In this document: positions 7,049 to 16,870 of the stretch, piece by piece | How the letters are laid out: each line of letters opens with the position of its first letter | Position numbering within the stretch: position 1 is the stretch's first letter | Origin: Coriobacteriia bacterium | GTDB taxonomy: Bacteria; Actinomycetota; Coriobacteriia; WRKU01; WQUG01 | Direction of reading: 5' to 3' | Assembly (NCBI GenBank): GCA_009778715.1 | Contig: WRFR01000001.1 | Location: 3,383 to 67,382 of the forward strand | Length of the DNA stretch: 64,000 nt | Made by a program: the position numbers and the translations under genes | The notes under the pieces: generated by a model | What the model was told of the DNA's origin: nothing | Seen by the model: only the letters and a program-made list of their open reading frames with translations | The model's database searches: none

Positions 7049-7897
7049 ATGAAGAACAGGGATACATCACGCAATCGTGAGCCGATCGGGATATTTGATT
7101 CCGGGCTCGGAGGGCTCACGGTCATGCGCCAGATCGCCGATCTGCTCCCTGGTGAAAGCCTCATGTATCTGGGTGACACACTGCGCTGTCCCTATGGGCC
7201 GCGTCCGGCAGAAGAGGTGCGCGACTTCGCGCTGCAGGTCTGCCATTTCTTGCAGAATCAGGGTGTGAAGCTCATCGTTATCGCCTGCAATACGGCGACG
7301 GCGGTCGCTCTTGAGGCTGCGCAGGAGGAGTTCCCGGTTCCTATTATTGGGGTCATTGATCCCGGCGCGCGCGCGGCGGCACAGGCGACGCGCAATCGTC
7401 GCGTCGGCGTCATTGGCACGGAGGGCACGATCACTTCAGGCGCTTACGAGCGGGCTCTGCTGAGTAATGACGCAGGCCTGCAGGTGACCAGCGTGGCGAC
7501 GCCGGACTTTGTGCGCATCGTCGAGGAGGGCCTGAGCCATAATGGCGAAGGGGAGGTTTGGATCCCGGATGAGTTCTTCGACCTGGCGCACCGCCAACTC
7601 GACCCGCTCGTGGAAGCGGGAATCGACACGTTGGTGCTGGGTTGCACTCACTATCCGATACTTGCGCCCGCACTCCAGCGGGTAGTCGGCCCGGGAGTGA
7701 CGCTTATCAGCTCGGCCGAAGAGACCGCGCGCGAAGTAAAGGCAACGTTGGCGCGACGCGGCAACGCAGCGACATTTGGCCATGTCGTGTATTCATCCTG
7801 GCAGATGTTTACCACGGGCGACCCCGAGGTCTTCGCGCGGCTCGGCGCGCGTATCATGGACGATTCGCCGTTGCCTGTTTTGCCTGTCGATTTATAA
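7049..7897 (+). CDS. murI: Glutamate racemase
   Basis: IGIFDSGLGGLTV…CNTA…GCTHYP motifs. Confidence 0.9.
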   Translation: MKNRDTSRNREPIGIFDSGLGGLTVMRQIADLLPGESLMYLGDTLRCPYGPRPAEEVRDFALQVCHFLQNQGVKLIVIACNTATAVALEAAQEEFPVPIIGVIDPGARAAAQATRNRRVGVIGTEGTITSGAYERALLSNDAGLQVTSVATPDFVRIVEEGLSHNGEGEVWIPDEFFDLAHRQLDPLVEAGIDTLVLGCTHYPILAPALQRVVGPGVTLISSAEETAREVKATLARRGNAATFGHVVYSSWQMFTTGDPEVFARLGARIMDDSPLPVLPVDL

Positions 7898-7902
7898 TAG
7901 AG

Positions 7903-7931
7903 GTGACAAACACCCCAGGGGTGTTTGTCAC
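7903..7931. repeat. GTGACAAACACCCC-AGG-GGTGTTTGTCAC perfect palindromic repeat, copy 2
   Basis: 13-bp perfect arms. Sits between murI and rph. Confidence 0.6.
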
Positions 7932-7942
7932 AATAGGTGAGC

Positions 7943-7975
7943 GTGACAAAATGGTGCCTGTCCCCATTCTGTCAC
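7943..7975. repeat. GTGACAAAATGG…CCATTCTGTCAC palindromic repeat, copy 3
   Basis: 12-bp near-perfect arms with a 9-nt loop. Lies 11 nt after copy 2. Confidence 0.55.
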
Positions 7976-7996
7976 CACAGAAAGGAATATCTTTCA

Positions 7997-8719
7997 ATGA
8001 GTTCACGCAGTTATGATCGCACCGCCGACGCATTGCGTCCGGTTTCTATCGAGCGCAACGTCAGCAAGAACGCTTATGGTTCGGCGTTTATCCGCTGTGG
8101 CGACACGCACGTACTGTGTTCGGCCACGATCGAGGACAAAGTGCCAAGCTGGCGCAAGATGTCTGGTCAGGGCTGGGTGACCGCCGAGTACGCCATGCTT
8201 CCCACTGCGACAGGCGAGCGGACGCGCCGCGAGCGCAACGGCGCCAAAGGCCGCACACTTGAGATCGAGCGCCTGATCGCACGAAGCCTGCGCACGGTGA
8301 TCGATCTGGGCGGCCTGGGCGGCGAGGTCACGGTCACGGTCGACTGCGACGTGATCCAGGCCGACGGCGGCACGCGCACCGCTTCGATCACCGGCGCCTA
8401 TGTCGCGCTGCACGATGCGCTCCAGACCTGGAAGGAAGCCGGCATGATCTCAAGCATGCCGCTGACGGGACAAGTGGCGGCGATCAGTGTGGGCTTAGTC
8501 GACGGGGAAGCGCTGCTCGACCTTGACTACGAAGAGGACAGTCACGCTGAGGTTGACATGAACGTGGTCTGCGACGACCAGGGCAACTTCATCGAGCTCC
8601 AGGGCACAGGGGAGCGGGTCTCGTTCTCGCGCCACCAGCTCAACGGCTTCCTGAACCTGGCCGAGGCAGGCATCAAGGAACTGATGGCGATCCAGAAATC
8701 GGTGTTGGCCGGTGAGTGA
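7997..8719 (+). CDS. rph: Ribonuclease PH
   Basis: MSSRSYDRTADALRPVSIERNVSKNAYGSAFIRCGDTHVLC… The listed ORF starts at 7937. The internal ATG 7997 with aaAGGAat upstream matches the Rph N-terminus. Confidence 0.9.
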   Translation: MSSRSYDRTADALRPVSIERNVSKNAYGSAFIRCGDTHVLCSATIEDKVPSWRKMSGQGWVTAEYAMLPTATGERTRRERNGAKGRTLEIERLIARSLRTVIDLGGLGGEVTVTVDCDVIQADGGTRTASITGAYVALHDALQTWKEAGMISSMPLTGQVAAISVGLVDGEALLDLDYEEDSHAEVDMNVVCDDQGNFIELQGTGERVSFSRHQLNGFLNLAEAGIKELMAIQKSVLAGE

Positions 8720-9365
8720 CGCAAGGGGAGAGACGCCGACGATCGTCGTTGCGACTGGCAATGCACACAAGGTGGTCGAGATTGCCGCGGCATTGGGTGC
8801 TGCGGCAGACAGCCCACTGGCGGGGATAGGCTTCGATGCGGTCCATGAGCTCTACCCGGACTTCATTGATCCCGTTGAGGACGGAGCCACTTTTGAGGAC
8901 AACGCTGCCATCAAGGCGCACGCGGCGCACTATGTGTCGGGGTTACCTTCGCTGGCCGATGACTCCGGGCTTGTGGTCGATGCGCTGGATGGCGCGCCTG
9001 GCATCTACTCAGCGCGTTACTGTGGCGTCGAGCATGATGACGCGGGTAACAACGAGAAGCTCTTGCGGGAATTGGAGGGAGTGCCAGCGCAGCGGCGCCG
9101 CGCGCGCTTCGTCTCTTGTCTGGTTGTGGTGGGCCTGAACACGATCATAGATCGTCCAGGTTATGGCTACCTGACCGTGACGGGGACCTGTGAGGGTTCG
9201 ATCGGATTTGAGCCACAGGGCAATAATGGCTTTGGCTACGATCCGCTGTTTTTGCCGGACGCTACTCCGGGTCGCAGTATGGCTCAGCTCACTCTCGAAG
9301 AGAAGACGGCGATCTCACACCGCGGCGATGCGCTCCGCAAGCTGCTCGCCGTGTTACACTCGTAA
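8712..9365 (+). CDS. rdgB: Non-canonical purine NTP pyrophosphatase (RdgB/HAM1)
   Basis: TIVVATGNAHKVVEI…SGLVVDAL…GAPGIYSARY. Overlaps the rph stop. Confidence 0.85.
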   Translation: MSDARGETPTIVVATGNAHKVVEIAAALGAAADSPLAGIGFDAVHELYPDFIDPVEDGATFEDNAAIKAHAAHYVSGLPSLADDSGLVVDALDGAPGIYSARYCGVEHDDAGNNEKLLRELEGVPAQRRRARFVSCLVVVGLNTIIDRPGYGYLTVTGTCEGSIGFEPQGNNGFGYDPLFLPDATPGRSMAQLTLEEKTAISHRGDALRKLLAVLHS

Positions 9366-9379
9366 GCGTATTAAACGAT

Positions 9380-9485
9380 CGGGAGCTGCCAAAAGCGGCA
9401 GCTGAGAGGCGCGGGCTTACCGCGCGACCGAAACGACGGCGCCGGTAATGCGGCGCTTGCAGGGCTTCGCCCATCGTTTCCCCGA
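9380..9485 (+). ncRNA. Probable TPP (THI-box) riboswitch in thiT leader
   Basis: GGGAGCUGCC…GGCAGCUGAGAGG (conserved GCUGAGA) followed by …GCGCCGGUAAUGCGGCGC…GCAGGGC (CCGG-UAAUG-CCGG-like P5 and AGGG). It lies directly upstream of a ThiT-like gene and a thiamine pyrophosphokinase. The P1 pairing could not be resolved by eye. Confidence 0.55.
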
Positions 9486-9502
9486 AGAGATAAGGAGAAA
9501 CG

Positions 9503-10108
9503 ATGAGCGCTCGCAGCACTTCACTCAGAATCCACACCCTGGTCGAAGCAGGTCTCTGCATTGCGCTGTTCGCGGTACTGCAGTATCTCAATGTTCGCCT
9601 GCCGATCAATATCGCGGGGGGGACTATATCGTTTTCAATGGTGCCGATCGTGCTGTTTGCGTTGCTCTACGGCCCGGGCTGGGGCATGGTGGTCGGCGCG
9701 CTTTGCGGCCTGATCGACCTGATGCTGGAACCCTTTATCGTCAATGTCTTCCAGGTCTTTCTTGACTATCCACTGGCGTTTGCCTGTGTGGGGTTCTCTG
9801 GCCTGCTGGCGCCCCTTACGCGCCAGCTGTTGGCGCATGGCAAGAGGGCGCCGGCAGCGGCGTTCGCGTTCATCGCTACGCTGCTGGGGGTCTCCTGCCG
9901 CTTCGTCCCGCACTTCATCTCGGGTGTGATCTTCTTTGCGAGCAATGCGCCTAAAGGCCAGAACGTCTATCTTTATTCGGCGACCTACAACCTGAGCTAT
10001 CTGTTGCCAGCTGGATTTATCTGCGCGGTTATCTTGGCGGTTGTAGTACCAGTCATACTGCCGCTCCTGTCACAGCGCTACCAAGTCAAGGCAAACGCTA
10101 ATGTCTGA
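9503..10108 (+). CDS. thiT: Thiamine transporter ThiT (ECF S-component)
   Basis: 201-aa polytopic protein. …RFVPHFISGVIFFASNAPKGQNVYLYS resembles ThiT …HFIAGIIFWSQYAWKGW…AYS. SD AAGGAGAaacgATG. Confidence 0.7.
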   Translation: MSARSTSLRIHTLVEAGLCIALFAVLQYLNVRLPINIAGGTISFSMVPIVLFALLYGPGWGMVVGALCGLIDLMLEPFIVNVFQVFLDYPLAFACVGFSGLLAPLTRQLLAHGKRAPAAAFAFIATLLGVSCRFVPHFISGVIFFASNAPKGQNVYLYSATYNLSYLLPAGFICAVILAVVVPVILPLLSQRYQVKANANV

Positions 10109-10736
10109 GCCCCGTCAACAGAGCGCGCTTCTGGCCTGCGTGCTTGCAGGCGATACTGACCAGGAAGACCCGTGTGACTACGATCTCACGATCGCGGTCG
10201 ACGGAGGATTGGCGTGGTTTCGCGAGCGAGGGGTCGCTCCGGACTTGTTCCTGGGGGATGGGGACTCTGCCACGGAGGAAGACCAGGACTGGGCGCGCCA
10301 GCGGGGAACCGCATTCCAGTTGGTGTCTCCAGACAAAGACTACTCGGATTTTGACCTCGCGTTGGACGTCTGCGAGCAACGTGAAGCGACAACCGCTACG
10401 GTGATCGGAGCGATTGGGGGCCGACTTGACCAGCAGCTCGGTATCTTCGGATCACTGTTACGTCATCCTGCGCTTCAGACGACCGTGCGTGATACGCAGC
10501 AATTCATCACACCTGTCTTTGCCGGTCAAACCTATCAATGCGCAGAGCCCGTAACGACCTTCGGCGTCGTCGCGCTTGAGCCAGCCATCGTAACCGTGCG
10601 CAATGCCCGTTGGCCGCTTGACTCAGCGCGTCTTGAGCCGCTCAGCACCTGGGGCATCTCGAACGAACCACAGGGCGGGCAACCCCAGATTGTCGTTGAG
10701 ACAGGCGCCGCCCTTTTCATAGGGCAATACGCATAA
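10101..10736 (+). CDS. Thiamine pyrophosphokinase
   Basis: …LFLGDGDSATEE… (GDxDS) and AIGGRLDQQ (ALGGRxDH-like) motifs. Overlaps the thiT stop. Confidence 0.7.
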   Translation: MSEPRQQSALLACVLAGDTDQEDPCDYDLTIAVDGGLAWFRERGVAPDLFLGDGDSATEEDQDWARQRGTAFQLVSPDKDYSDFDLALDVCEQREATTATVIGAIGGRLDQQLGIFGSLLRHPALQTTVRDTQQFITPVFAGQTYQCAEPVTTFGVVALEPAIVTVRNARWPLDSARLEPLSTWGISNEPQGGQPQIVVETGAALFIGQYA

Positions 10737-10770
10737 AAAACGCCCGGTCGCACTGACCGGGCGTTTCGCT
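10737..10770. terminator. Bidirectional rho-independent terminator between thiN(+) and rpmB(-)
   Basis: aaaaACGCCCGGTCgcactgGACCGGGCGTttcgc: 11-bp GC-rich stem with A-run on one side and T-run on the other. Confidence 0.6.
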
Positions 10771-10807
10771 CTCCTCTAAAGCCAGAGGACGCGAGAGGGC
10801 GCCGTAA

Positions 10808-10999
10808 CTAATAGACCCGCTCTACTTTATCCGCTTTCAGGCACTTGGTGCAGACATTGATCTTCTGTACCTTGCCTTCGTGCAGAGCAGTGACTTTCTG
10901 GATATTGGGCTTGAAGGTCCGGTTAGTGACCCGATGCGAGTGGCTGATGTTGCGCCCCGCCGTGGGATGCTTCCCGCATATTGCGCAGACCTGTGACAT
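10808..10999 (-). CDS. rpmB: 50S ribosomal protein L28
   Basis: MSQVCAICGKHPTAGRNISHSHRVTNRTFKPNIQKV… SD AAGGAG 6 nt upstream of the start on the minus strand. Confidence 0.85.
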   Translation of the reverse strand: MSQVCAICGKHPTAGRNISHSHRVTNRTFKPNIQKVTALHEGKVQKINVCTKCLKADKVERVY

Positions 11000-11133
11000 A
11001 ATGAACTCCTTGATAGATTATATGGTTTGTTTGTTCGGGCGACTTTCCAGTCGCAAATAATCATGCTATCACAGCCCCGAACTGCTGACAAGCACGCCTC
11101 GCTTGCTTTATAATAACTGTTTGACTTCTGTCC

Positions 11134-11526
11134 GTGTCCGCAACCTTTGAAAGAGAGCAGATCATGCCTAATAACGTACCCGGTTTGATCCAGATATCGA
11201 ATGATGTCCTGGCCGATCTCTCGGGCTATTGTGCCCTTGAAGTGTATGGAGTGGTCGCTATGGCTGCGCCTACCTTAGTCGAAGGAGTGGTCCAACTGCT
11301 GCCTGCACAGAAACTGCGGCGCGGCGTGCGCATCACAACGATTGACCTTGACGGCGAGGGCATGACAGTTGTTGATGTGGACCTCTATGTCATCATCGAA
11401 TATGGCACTAACCTCGCTGAGGTCAGCAAGAACCTGGCAGAGCGCGTACGTTACGTGTTAACTTCCCAGGCATCGGTAACCGTGGGGCGTGTCGACGTTC
11501 ATGTTCTTGATGTGAAGGTTCGGTGA
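11134..11526 (+). CDS. Asp23/Gls24-family (alkaline shock) protein, YloU-like
   Basis: 130 aa. Its position upstream of the DAK2 protein matches yloU-yloV. Confidence 0.75.
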   Translation: MSATFEREQIMPNNVPGLIQISNDVLADLSGYCALEVYGVVAMAAPTLVEGVVQLLPAQKLRRGVRITTIDLDGEGMTVVDVDLYVIIEYGTNLAEVSKNLAERVRYVLTSQASVTVGRVDVHVLDVKVR

Positions 11527-13151
11527 TCAATCCTATGACCGTTCAGGTATCCCCACGGGAGGTCATCGCTGGTGCGTCGGCCGTCCTGAAGTCTCGCCAC
11601 GAGGAAGTCAACAAGCTTAATGTGTTTCCGGTGCCTGATGGCGACACAGGTACGAACATGAGTCTCACGCTCGAGTCAGTGGTCAGCGAGGTACTTACCC
11701 TGCCCGCCGACGCAACGCTTGAAGAGATCACGAGAGCGGCTACCCACGGGTCGCTCATGGGTGCGCGCGGCAACTCGGGCGTTATCCTGTCGCAGATCAT
11801 CCGCGGCATCTGCGAGGGGATCATTGCCTCGTTGGATGAAAACGCTGGCGCGGAGCGTATGGCGCAGGCTTTTGAGCATGCGAAGACCGTTGCCTACCAG
11901 GCAGTGCGCAAGCCGGTCGAGGGCACGATGCTCACGGTAGTGAGTGACATGGCTATGGCTGCGCGTCAGGCAGCTGAGCAAGAGCAGTCCTTTGACGACG
12001 CGCTCCAGACTGTCTCGTCCGCGGCACACGTCTCGGTTCAGCGTACTCCCGATCTGCTGCCAATACTTAAGGAGTCCGGGGTCGTTGATTCGGGCGGTTT
12101 TGGCCTTGCGATCATTTTCGACGCGGTGGTCAACATACTTCTGGGCAAAGAGCAGGCCGAGGCGCCCGCGTTTGTGCCCCGTGGTGTTCTTTCGGTCAAT
12201 CCGGTCGACGACTGGGATGATGATGAGTATCTCTACTGCACGGAGTTCCTGCTGTTTGGTGAGGGGATCGACCGCGAGGCTGTGCATGACTTCATCGCGA
12301 GCCAGGGCGGGTCAGAACTGGTGGTCGGCGACTATGGACAGTACAAGATCCACGTTCATACTGATGATCCTTCCAAAGTACTGGCGTATGCGCTCACTCA
12401 GGGCGAGATAGCCGAGGTCCACATCCATAACATGCGCCGCCAGCAGGCGGAGCGGGGCCAGGGGTCTGAACCCGCCACCCCGGTGGCTCCCAAAAAGATC
12501 GGAGTCATCGCCGTGTCAGCGGGCGAGGGGACCGGCAATATCCTGAAGTCCCTTGGCGTTGACGTTCTGGTGTCCGGTGGACAGACGATGAACCCTTCCA
12601 CACAGGACTTTGTCGCGGCGGCAAAAAGCGTTCCAGCTGAGTCTTACATTTTGCTCCCCAACAACAGCAACATCGTGATGGCGGCCAATACGGCAGCCGC
12701 CCTGATCGAGGCGCCTACGATCGTTGTGCCAACGACTTCGATCCCTGAAGCGTTCTCAGCGCTGTTGGCTTTCGACGAGGGCATGGACCTGGATACGCTT
12801 CAGGCAGAGATGAGTGAAGCAGCCAGTGAGGTCACGACCGCTGAGGTCACCACAGCTATAAAGGACGCCAAATCGTCGGTCGGCGACATCAAAGAGGGAG
12901 ATATTATCGGTATCATTGGCTCCAAGGATATCCGTGCCAAAGGCACGAGCATCCCCGAGGTCGCGCTGTCACTGCTTGAGACCCTGCCGCTGGAAGAAGC
13001 CAGCACAATCACCCTGTTGACCGGTGTTGATCTTGACGCGATGGATCTAGCCAGGCTTCGTACAATGCTGTCAGAGCAGCACCCGGAGCTTGAATGTGAT
13101 ATTCAGGATGGTGGGCAACCGCTCTATCCGTTGGTCATGGCGGTCGAATAG
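11523..13151 (+). CDS. fakA: DAK2-domain protein (YloV / fatty-acid kinase FakA-like)
   Basis: 542 aa. N-terminal Dak2-like (…DGDTGTNM…GARGNSGVILSQI…) plus the C-terminal domain typical of YloV/FakA. Followed by a DegV gene. Confidence 0.75.
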   Translation: MINPMTVQVSPREVIAGASAVLKSRHEEVNKLNVFPVPDGDTGTNMSLTLESVVSEVLTLPADATLEEITRAATHGSLMGARGNSGVILSQIIRGICEGIIASLDENAGAERMAQAFEHAKTVAYQAVRKPVEGTMLTVVSDMAMAARQAAEQEQSFDDALQTVSSAAHVSVQRTPDLLPILKESGVVDSGGFGLAIIFDAVVNILLGKEQAEAPAFVPRGVLSVNPVDDWDDDEYLYCTEFLLFGEGIDREAVHDFIASQGGSELVVGDYGQYKIHVHTDDPSKVLAYALTQGEIAEVHIHNMRRQQAERGQGSEPATPVAPKKIGVIAVSAGEGTGNILKSLGVDVLVSGGQTMNPSTQDFVAAAKSVPAESYILLPNNSNIVMAANTAAALIEAPTIVVPTTSIPEAFSALLAFDEGMDLDTLQAEMSEAASEVTTAEVTTAIKDAKSSVGDIKEGDIIGIIGSKDIRAKGTSIPEVALSLLETLPLEEASTITLLTGVDLDAMDLARLRTMLSEQHPELECDIQDGGQPLYPLVMAVE

Positions 13152-13193
13152 CGTCAAAACAAGAGCGAGCGATACAGGGACAGGTAATAATCT

Positions 13194-14075
13194 ATGGGAA
13201 AGATCTTTGTAAAGAACGATATGGCGATCGTGACTGACGGTTGCGGTGATATCACTCTCGAGGAAGCGCGCGACCGTTCGATCTGTGTGCTGGAAACACA
13301 TATCACCCTGGGAGACGGCACCCTAACCGACTCCGAGCATTTTACCGCCCGGGATTTCTGGGATTCGCTCTTTGAGAATACCGAGGTACTGCCCAAGACC
13401 GCGCTGGTCACTCCGGGAAGATTTCTTGATTGCTACAAGCAGGCGGCAGAGGCAGGCGCAAAACATATTCTGGCAATCATCATGTCATCAGCGTTGTCAG
13501 GAGGTTATGACGCGGCTTGTCAGGCAGCGGAGCAGTCACCTGTGCCGACGACGGTCATCGATTCCCGTGCGGTGACACGCGGAACAGCCATACAGGTACT
13601 GGCTGCGGCAGACCTTCGTGACGCAGGGGTTCCTTTTGACGATATCGTGGCGCAGGTCACGGCTGTTCGCGATTCGATGCATATCGACTTTCTGGTCGAT
13701 AACCTTGAGTTTCTGGTACGGGGCGGTCGTGCAGGCAAATCGGCGCAAATGCTGGCGTCTGTGCTCAACATAAAGCCAGTATTGCGTGTCTTCGAGGACG
13801 GCAGTATCGATGCCTATAAGAAATGTCGGGGCACGAAAAAGGCGATGGCAGAACTTGCAAAGCGCGCCGTTGAAGACACGCCAGGCGAGGGATGGCACTA
13901 TTCCCTGGCTATTACCAGCAAGCCCGAACTTGAGGCGGTAGCCAACGAGGCTTTGGGGCACGCTGGATTCAAGGCGAGCTATGATGGTCCTTTCCAGGTG
14001 GGCATCATCGTTGGCATCTACTGCGGGCCGGGCACTGTTGCCGTACTGACCTATCGTCTTCCCTGCCTGCCGTAG
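13194..14075 (+). CDS. DegV-family fatty-acid-binding protein (FakB-like)
   Basis: 293 aa. …IIMSSALSGGYDAACQAA… matches the DegV SSxLSGTY motif. Confidence 0.75.
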   Translation: MGKIFVKNDMAIVTDGCGDITLEEARDRSICVLETHITLGDGTLTDSEHFTARDFWDSLFENTEVLPKTALVTPGRFLDCYKQAAEAGAKHILAIIMSSALSGGYDAACQAAEQSPVPTTVIDSRAVTRGTAIQVLAAADLRDAGVPFDDIVAQVTAVRDSMHIDFLVDNLEFLVRGGRAGKSAQMLASVLNIKPVLRVFEDGSIDAYKKCRGTKKAMAELAKRAVEDTPGEGWHYSLAITSKPELEAVANEALGHAGFKASYDGPFQVGIIVGIYCGPGTVAVLTYRLPCLP

Positions 14076-14127
14076 GGGCTGCAGGACGGACCGGACCCGT
14101 TGGGGCCGAATTACCGAGGAAGGTTAC

Positions 14128-16254
14128 GTGACTGCCTCATCTGCAATATCAACAAGCAGCGTTAATCCCGCGGCGCGTATGCAGGCTTGGGCAGCGCCGG
14201 TCAGCAGTGCGCGCTACGTTGACGATGAGCGTGCGTCCCAGCTGGGAAAGCTCGGCATCACGCGCATCGGGCATCTGCTTTACCACAAACCACTACGCTA
14301 TCTTGACTTGACGCATGTCTCATCTTTGGCAGAAGTCCATTTAGGGGAAGCAACAGTCATTGGCCAGGTATATGCGGTTCGGGAGCGCCGTCCGCGCCCA
14401 AAGCTGTTAGTGACCGAAGTGACGTTGACTGATGGCACGGGTACGCTGATCGGCGTGTGGTGGAATCAACCCTGGGTCAAAAAGGCTTTTCAACCGGGCG
14501 AGACGGTAGCCTTTGCGGGTACGGTCAAACTGGAATATGGGCTCAATCGCATTGTGCAGCCCTTTTATGAGAAATTAACTTCTGCGGATGGTTCTTCGCA
14601 CGCACAAGAGCCGACCAACCTGGGCCGTATCCTGCCCGTACACCCTACGACTGAGGGATTCTCAGTCGGCTGGATGAGGCGTATCATCGCGGCGGCCGTC
14701 AACGATTACGCCGATGTCCCCGAATACCTACCGCAAGAAGTACTGGAAGCGCGGGGGTTTATGCCCTTTGCGCAAGCCTTGCGTCAACTACATTTTCCCG
14801 ATGACTTGCAAAGCGCCGAGCAGGCGCGCCGCCGCCTGGCCTATGGCGAGTTCTTCGACTTCCAGTTGCTGCTGGCGCGGCGGGGCTGGCGCATGCGCAA
14901 CGAGAGCGGGGGATGGGCGCATGAGATAGGTGGCCCTCTGCTTGCGCGTTTTCGTGCGGAGATGCCACTGACACTGACCGATGACCAGGCCTGCGCAACC
15001 ACCGAGATCCTGGCTGATCTCGGGCGTCCCGAAGCAATGAACCGCCTGCTTTTAGGTGATGTCGGCACGGGCAAGACGCTCGTGGCGACCTTCGCGTTGG
15101 TTGCCGTGGCAGACACAGGGACGCAAGCTGCGATGATGGCGCCTACAGAAGTGCTCGCGCAGCAGTACGCATACAAGGTAGGCCCTCAGCTCGATGCGCT
15201 GAGCATCAGCTGGGCGCTGCTGACCAGCTCGACGCCGCCGGTAGAGCGCACGCGGATCCAGGCGGGCCTCGCAGACGGGAGCATCACGGTCGCGTTCGGG
15301 ACTCACGCCCTGCTGGAAGAGGACATCAACTTTAAGGCGCTCACTCTGACCATCATTGATGAGCAGCATCGTTTTGGTGTCGAACAGCGCCAGGGCCTGC
15401 AAAAAAAGGCCCAGTCACCAGACGTTTTGATCATGACCGCAACGCCCATCCCGCGCACGCTTGCGTTGCTTGCGTATGGCGACCTTCTGATATCCTACCT
15501 GCGCACCCGGCCCATCGCCGGTGCTGGCGTGAGCACACAACTGATCGATGCGACCAGGCTGGGGGAAGCTTATGATGCGGTGCGCACCGCTGTTGCTGCG
15601 GGGCAGCAGGCCTACGTGGTCTGCGCACTGGTCGAGGAGTCGGAGACTTTGGATGCGCGCTCGGTCGAAGAGGAGGCAGCGCGGCTTAAGGCCGAAGTGT
15701 TTGAAGACCTTTCGGTCGAGATACTGACCGGCAAGATGCGCCCGGCGGACAAAGAGGCGACGATGGCGCGCTTCCGGGCAGGAGAAATCCAGGTCCTGGT
15801 GGCGACTACGGTCATCGAGGTCGGCGTGGATGTGTTAAACGCCACGGTCATGGTCGTATTGGACGCTGATCGCTTTGGCCTGGCACAGCTGCATCAGCTG
15901 CGCGGCCGGGTCGGACGTGGCGAGATTGCCGGGCAGGTCTGGCTTGTGGCGCGTCATGCAAATGCAGAGGCGCGCGAGCGCCTACAGGCACTGGTCGAGA
16001 TCGATGACGGCTTTCGCCTGGCCGAGCTTGACCTGGAGATGCGCGGGGCAGGTGAACTCCTGGGGAGTCGGCAGAGCGGTCTGGCGCGTTTTGCCTTAGG
16101 TGACGTACTGGAAGATCGCGATCTTGTCAATGCAGCGCATGAAGACGTAGGGCCTCTTGCCGCCGACCTGGCTTTTGCAGATACCGAGACGCTACTCTCT
16201 TTGCGTATTGCTGCTCTGGAGGAAGAACTTGCAGCGGACGGGCCGGTGAACTGA
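14128..16254 (+). CDS. recG: ATP-dependent DNA helicase RecG
   Basis: 708 aa. N-terminal wedge/OB, GDVGTGKT Walker A, DEQHRFGV, HQLRGRVGRG. Confidence 0.9.
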   Translation: MTASSAISTSSVNPAARMQAWAAPVSSARYVDDERASQLGKLGITRIGHLLYHKPLRYLDLTHVSSLAEVHLGEATVIGQVYAVRERRPRPKLLVTEVTLTDGTGTLIGVWWNQPWVKKAFQPGETVAFAGTVKLEYGLNRIVQPFYEKLTSADGSSHAQEPTNLGRILPVHPTTEGFSVGWMRRIIAAAVNDYADVPEYLPQEVLEARGFMPFAQALRQLHFPDDLQSAEQARRRLAYGEFFDFQLLLARRGWRMRNESGGWAHEIGGPLLARFRAEMPLTLTDDQACATTEILADLGRPEAMNRLLLGDVGTGKTLVATFALVAVADTGTQAAMMAPTEVLAQQYAYKVGPQLDALSISWALLTSSTPPVERTRIQAGLADGSITVAFGTHALLEEDINFKALTLTIIDEQHRFGVEQRQGLQKKAQSPDVLIMTATPIPRTLALLAYGDLLISYLRTRPIAGAGVSTQLIDATRLGEAYDAVRTAVAAGQQAYVVCALVEESETLDARSVEEEAARLKAEVFEDLSVEILTGKMRPADKEATMARFRAGEIQVLVATTVIEVGVDVLNATVMVVLDADRFGLAQLHQLRGRVGRGEIAGQVWLVARHANAEARERLQALVEIDDGFRLAELDLEMRGAGELLGSRQSGLARFALGDVLEDRDLVNAAHEDVGPLAADLAFADTETLLSLRIAALEEELAADGPVN

Positions 16255-16257
16255 CCT

Positions 16258-16824
16258 ATGCGTATCATCGCCGGTGACTATAAGGGCAGAAATCTGCAGG
16301 GGCCTTCAGGCAGTGCGGGCACTCGCCCTACCGCCGACCGAGTCCGCGAGGCGCTCTTCTCGCACGTGGAAGCGCGCCTGGGGAACCTCCAAGGGCTGCG
16401 GGTAGTAGACCTGTTTGCGGGCACCGGAGCGCTTGGGCTTGAAGCGCTCTCACGCGGCGCGGTACATGCGGTCTTTGTCGAGACGGACCATACGGTTGCA
16501 GGAATCTTGCGAAACAATATCGAGCATTGCGGAGCTGAAGAGCGTACGACGCTGAGGGTAGGCAATGCTTTCGTCCTGTCTGCTCGTCTGGCGCCGCTCG
16601 GCCCCTTTGATCTGGTTCTGCTCGACCCGCCCTATCGCACCCCTGCAGAAGAAGTGATGCGCCTATTGGAAGCCTTGCGCCAGGAAGGCGCGATCGCGTC
16701 AGGGACCTATGTCGTCTACGAGCATGAGCGCCGCACCCCACCGCTCTGGCCTGCGTGTTATGATGAGGTGCATCAGGCGCGCTATGGCAAGACTTACCTG
16801 AGCAGTGCCGTTGTTATCAGGTGA
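16258..16824 (+). CDS. rsmD: 16S rRNA (guanine966-N2)-methyltransferase RsmD
   Basis: MRIIAGDYKGRNL…RPTADRVREALFS…LDPPY. Confidence 0.85.
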   Translation: MRIIAGDYKGRNLQGPSGSAGTRPTADRVREALFSHVEARLGNLQGLRVVDLFAGTGALGLEALSRGAVHAVFVETDHTVAGILRNNIEHCGAEERTTLRVGNAFVLSARLAPLGPFDLVLLDPPYRTPAEEVMRLLEALRQEGAIASGTYVVYEHERRTPPLWPACYDEVHQARYGKTYLSSAVVIR

Positions 16825-16849
16825 CAAAGGGTCAGGTACTTTGTCACCT
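16819..16849. repeat. AGGTGACAAAG-ggtcaggta-CTTTGTCACCT palindromic repeat, copy 4 (contains rsmD stop codon)
   Basis: 11-bp perfect arms. The TGA of rsmD is the tga of gTGAcaaag. Confidence 0.55.
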
Positions 16850-16870
16850 GACAGAAAGTTGAGGCAGACT

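Noticed and set aside
10837-11091. 84-aa minus-strand ORF and 71-aa plus-strand ORF overlapping rpmB
   Set aside because: They overlap the well-supported L28 gene in other frames. No independent support.
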